A stretch of DNA of 64,000 bases from assembly GCA_905178155.1 (NCBI GenBank), contig CAJINV010000009.1, positions 3,342,768-3,406,767 on the forward strand, in the 5' to 3' direction. Of this stretch, positions 61,646 through 64,000 are shown piece by piece. The stretch is from Amoebophrya sp. A120 (Eukaryota; Protista; Dinoflagellata). Within the stretch, counting starts at the first letter, position 1, and each line of letters begins with the position of its first letter. The translations under genes were made by a program, and so were the position numbers. The notes beneath the pieces are model-generated. The model was given only the letters and a program-made list of their open reading frames with translations. It was not told where the DNA came from and searched no databases.

Positions 61646-63877
61646 ATGTTCGCAAAATCCTCTTCCACGCGATGCTTAGCCATCATCCCCGTGGTGGTGG
61701 TGTCGGTCCTGATAGTCTACGCAACGCTGACCTACAACTACTACTTTCTCTACGTCCTCCACCCCGAGCCCACCTTCGCGATTCCAGTAGGGCTTCTGTA
61801 CAACTTCTTCATCTCTTTAGCGGTGTGGAGCTACTTCAAAACTTTATTGACCGAGCCGGGGTTTGTCACGGAGGAATGGAGTATAAAAGCCATGGAGGAG
61901 GTATCACAAGAAAAAGTGTTAACGTTAACGGAATTTGTGAAGCAGTTATGCTTCAGAAAATGTGCGCAAATTTGTATTGCATAGTATGCATGGAAGGCAA
62001 AATTTGTAGTGCATGACTGCCATCTGTGAAAACGAAAACCGTTAATGTTAACACTTTTTTGTTTGATAGGAGGATTTGGGCACGTTGTGCAGAAAATGCC
62101 ACATAAAACGACCGATACGAGCGCACCACTGCGGGACGACGAACAGGTATGATTTAAAGGTTTTTAATTCTGACATTGACACTGACTCGAAAAGCAAAAG
62201 ATGATCCCGGCTCTCATGCGTAGGAGCAAGCTGCAATCAACATAGAGCTTCATAATTTTCTCATGCGCATTGTCCATTTAGAAAATCGAACTCCTGAATC
62301 ATATCAGATGCGTCCGCCGCATGGACCACTACTGTCCGTGGACAGGGAACACGATCGGGTTTGAGAACCACCGGCTTTTCATTATCAAATGCAAATATGT
62401 CTGGGTCTGGAAGGATCCGAACGTGTGATGCTGCATTCGGATTCCAAAAAAGTCTGTATTGCATGACGAGCAAGAGGAGTCGACTCTGTGCTACGCGGAG
62501 AGGGCATTTTTTGTCATGCAGTAAACGCATCGGGAAGCCCTCACAAGTCTGTGGTGCTAGGGCATGCATCACAAACATCATGGGTCATGCAAAATGTGCA
62601 TGACAAACCTGGCAGTCTTCCAACCCCAGACATATTCGCAATGCATATTCATCCTGTTCCTCCAATACACCTTTTTCGCCTCTTATCCAGGAAAATAACT
62701 GTGTAAGTGTAACTTTCTTGGAGGAATAGCATCACAAGTTGGGAAGATATGACAAGTTGGAAGCGCTTCAATCATGCGCAATTCAGCATCACAAGTCTTT
62801 CAGATTTTTGCATGCAGCTTCAGACTTACCATGACAAGTTGAAAAAGAAAGCACTTCGTTTTTCGTTTTTTGAAAGAAAGCACTTCGTTTTTTGAAGCAA
62901 AGCACTTCGTATTTCTGAAAGAAAGAACTTCGACGTGAATAAAAATAGTGCATGTGAAGATAAGCAGCAGATACTTCAACACCTGCGCAGCTTGCGGGGG
63001 GGTGACTCCTGTGGTCCCCCCCCACCAGCTGTGCCATTTCTCAAATCTCATAGGCGTGCGCTTCTTTTTTTTTCCAGCAGAGGCTGGCGGGGAACATAGC
63101 CAAGGGGGCCGTAGGTAGATCTATCTCTGGGCGTGTAGGTAGTAGAAATCAGTCTGTGTGCCTCCGTCGCTTCTTGTGACTTACCATATTCTGAAAGTTC
63201 AAGTTGTGCGCTGTTTGTCCGACAATAGTGAAGAGAAAGAATGAATTGCTACTGGCCGGAGGACTCTCTACGGGCCGCAGCCAAAGTCGAGCAGGATACA
63301 AAGGTCGAGCAGGATACAAGGTCGGAGTTGGGCGAGGACCGGGATGCGGTCGGAGCTTGCGGATCTTATCAAAAAGGTACGGCCTAAGGCCTCGGGAACG
63401 CCGAACAAAGCCGCGCTCTTCTTCGTGAAACGCCCACCGCTTTTTGCGCAATGGATAAGAAAAAAAATCAAAAGAAAAGAAAATGAAAAGAAAAAAAAAA
63501 TCATAAGAAGAAAGCAAAAAAAAAAAAATCAAGAAAAAAAAATCAAAAGAAAGCAGCGAAAAGAAAAGGAAAAGAAACAATTGCAAATCCATGCGCAGAG
63601 AGTTTAGAAAAAAAAAAAAAAAGAATAGCATCACAAGTTTCCTCTGCAAGCATGACACAGAAAACCTGTCATGCGTAGCTAGTACGTGAAAACACGCACG
63701 AAAATTGCCTCTGATGCATGTCCAGCATGACAAGTGTAACAGTTTTGCATTTTCTGCAACACAAATTTACACTTACACAGTTTTTTTCTTGGATACCTCT
63801 ATCACCCTGTTCGGCTCCGCGCTGCCCGACATCATCCAGCTGTTCAACGGGCGGCAGAGTTGGGACAAAAACACCCG
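61646..63877 (+). CDS. DHHC-family protein S-palmitoyltransferase (DHYC variant), 3'-incomplete
   Basis: Exons 61646-61901, 62074-62146, 62308-62382, 62653-62683, 63801-63877. Two N-terminal TMs, TEPG, and [48 protein letters not shown]. Confidence 0.9.
62741..63622 (+). mobile_element. 882-bp poly(A)-tailed retroposed insertion (SINE or truncated LINE-like) nested in introner 62684-63795
   Basis: 17-bp TSD GAATAGCATCACAAGTT (62724-62740 and 63623-63639) and A15 at 63608-63622. Removing it restores a family-D element resembling the reverse complement of 37279-37498. Confidence 0.85.
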
Positions 63878-64000
63878 TATCCTGTGCAAAAGTACCGTAC
63901 TGGTATTGCAATCATGCATTACAAATTTTTTTCTCAAGGTAAATCCGCATTACAAATTTTATTTCTCTTGCTGAGGGAATTTGTCATGCATTTATACGAG

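Noticed and set aside
2240-62706. Many ORFs sharing peptides such as [30 protein letters not shown] and CKNVWVWK as a repeated protein family
   Set aside because: These are translations of introner TIRs in different frames, not proteins.
63344-63607. Lys-rich ORF
   Set aside because: It is a translation of the A-rich tract within the retro-insertion.
1-64000. Autonomous transposase or RT, spliced-leader relics, tRNA or rRNA genes
   Set aside because: None was recognisable by eye. A covariance-model or HMM search would be needed to exclude divergent copies.

Overview
Eukaryotic genomic DNA, most consistent with an Amoebophrya-like (Syndiniales, dinoflagellate) parasite. This organism call is inferred only from the intron architecture. 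About 100 short (145-410 bp, one 1.1 kb) MITE-like introner elements in at least 8 terminal-inverted-repeat families interrupt nearly every gene. Nearly all begin TAT, end ATA and are flanked by a 5-bp direct repeat (TSD). Removing the element plus one TSD copy restores the reading frame. On that rule I rebuilt by hand, all on the + strand: a DHX9/RNA helicase A-like gene (16291-29834, 34 introns, ~1714 aa), a partial second copy of it at the window start, a ~2017-aa Cys-rich/PAN-like + TM + PDZ-like protein (47925-60490), a DHHC-family palmitoyltransferase (61646 to window end) and several hypothetical proteins. The most interesting observations are: (i) mismatches between the two TSD copies are mostly synonymous (14 of 18); (ii) the same element works as an intron in both orientations; (iii) G|TAT...ATA|G elements give an in-frame route to GT-AG introns; (iv) a TGTNATGC motif is shared by all families and by several canonical introns; (v) the two helicase copies show reciprocal introner presence/absence; (vi) TSD-flanked insertions, one with poly(A), are nested inside introners. 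Most ORFs in the supplied track are artefacts of reading into or antisense to these elements. Splice models are not confirmed by RNA data.
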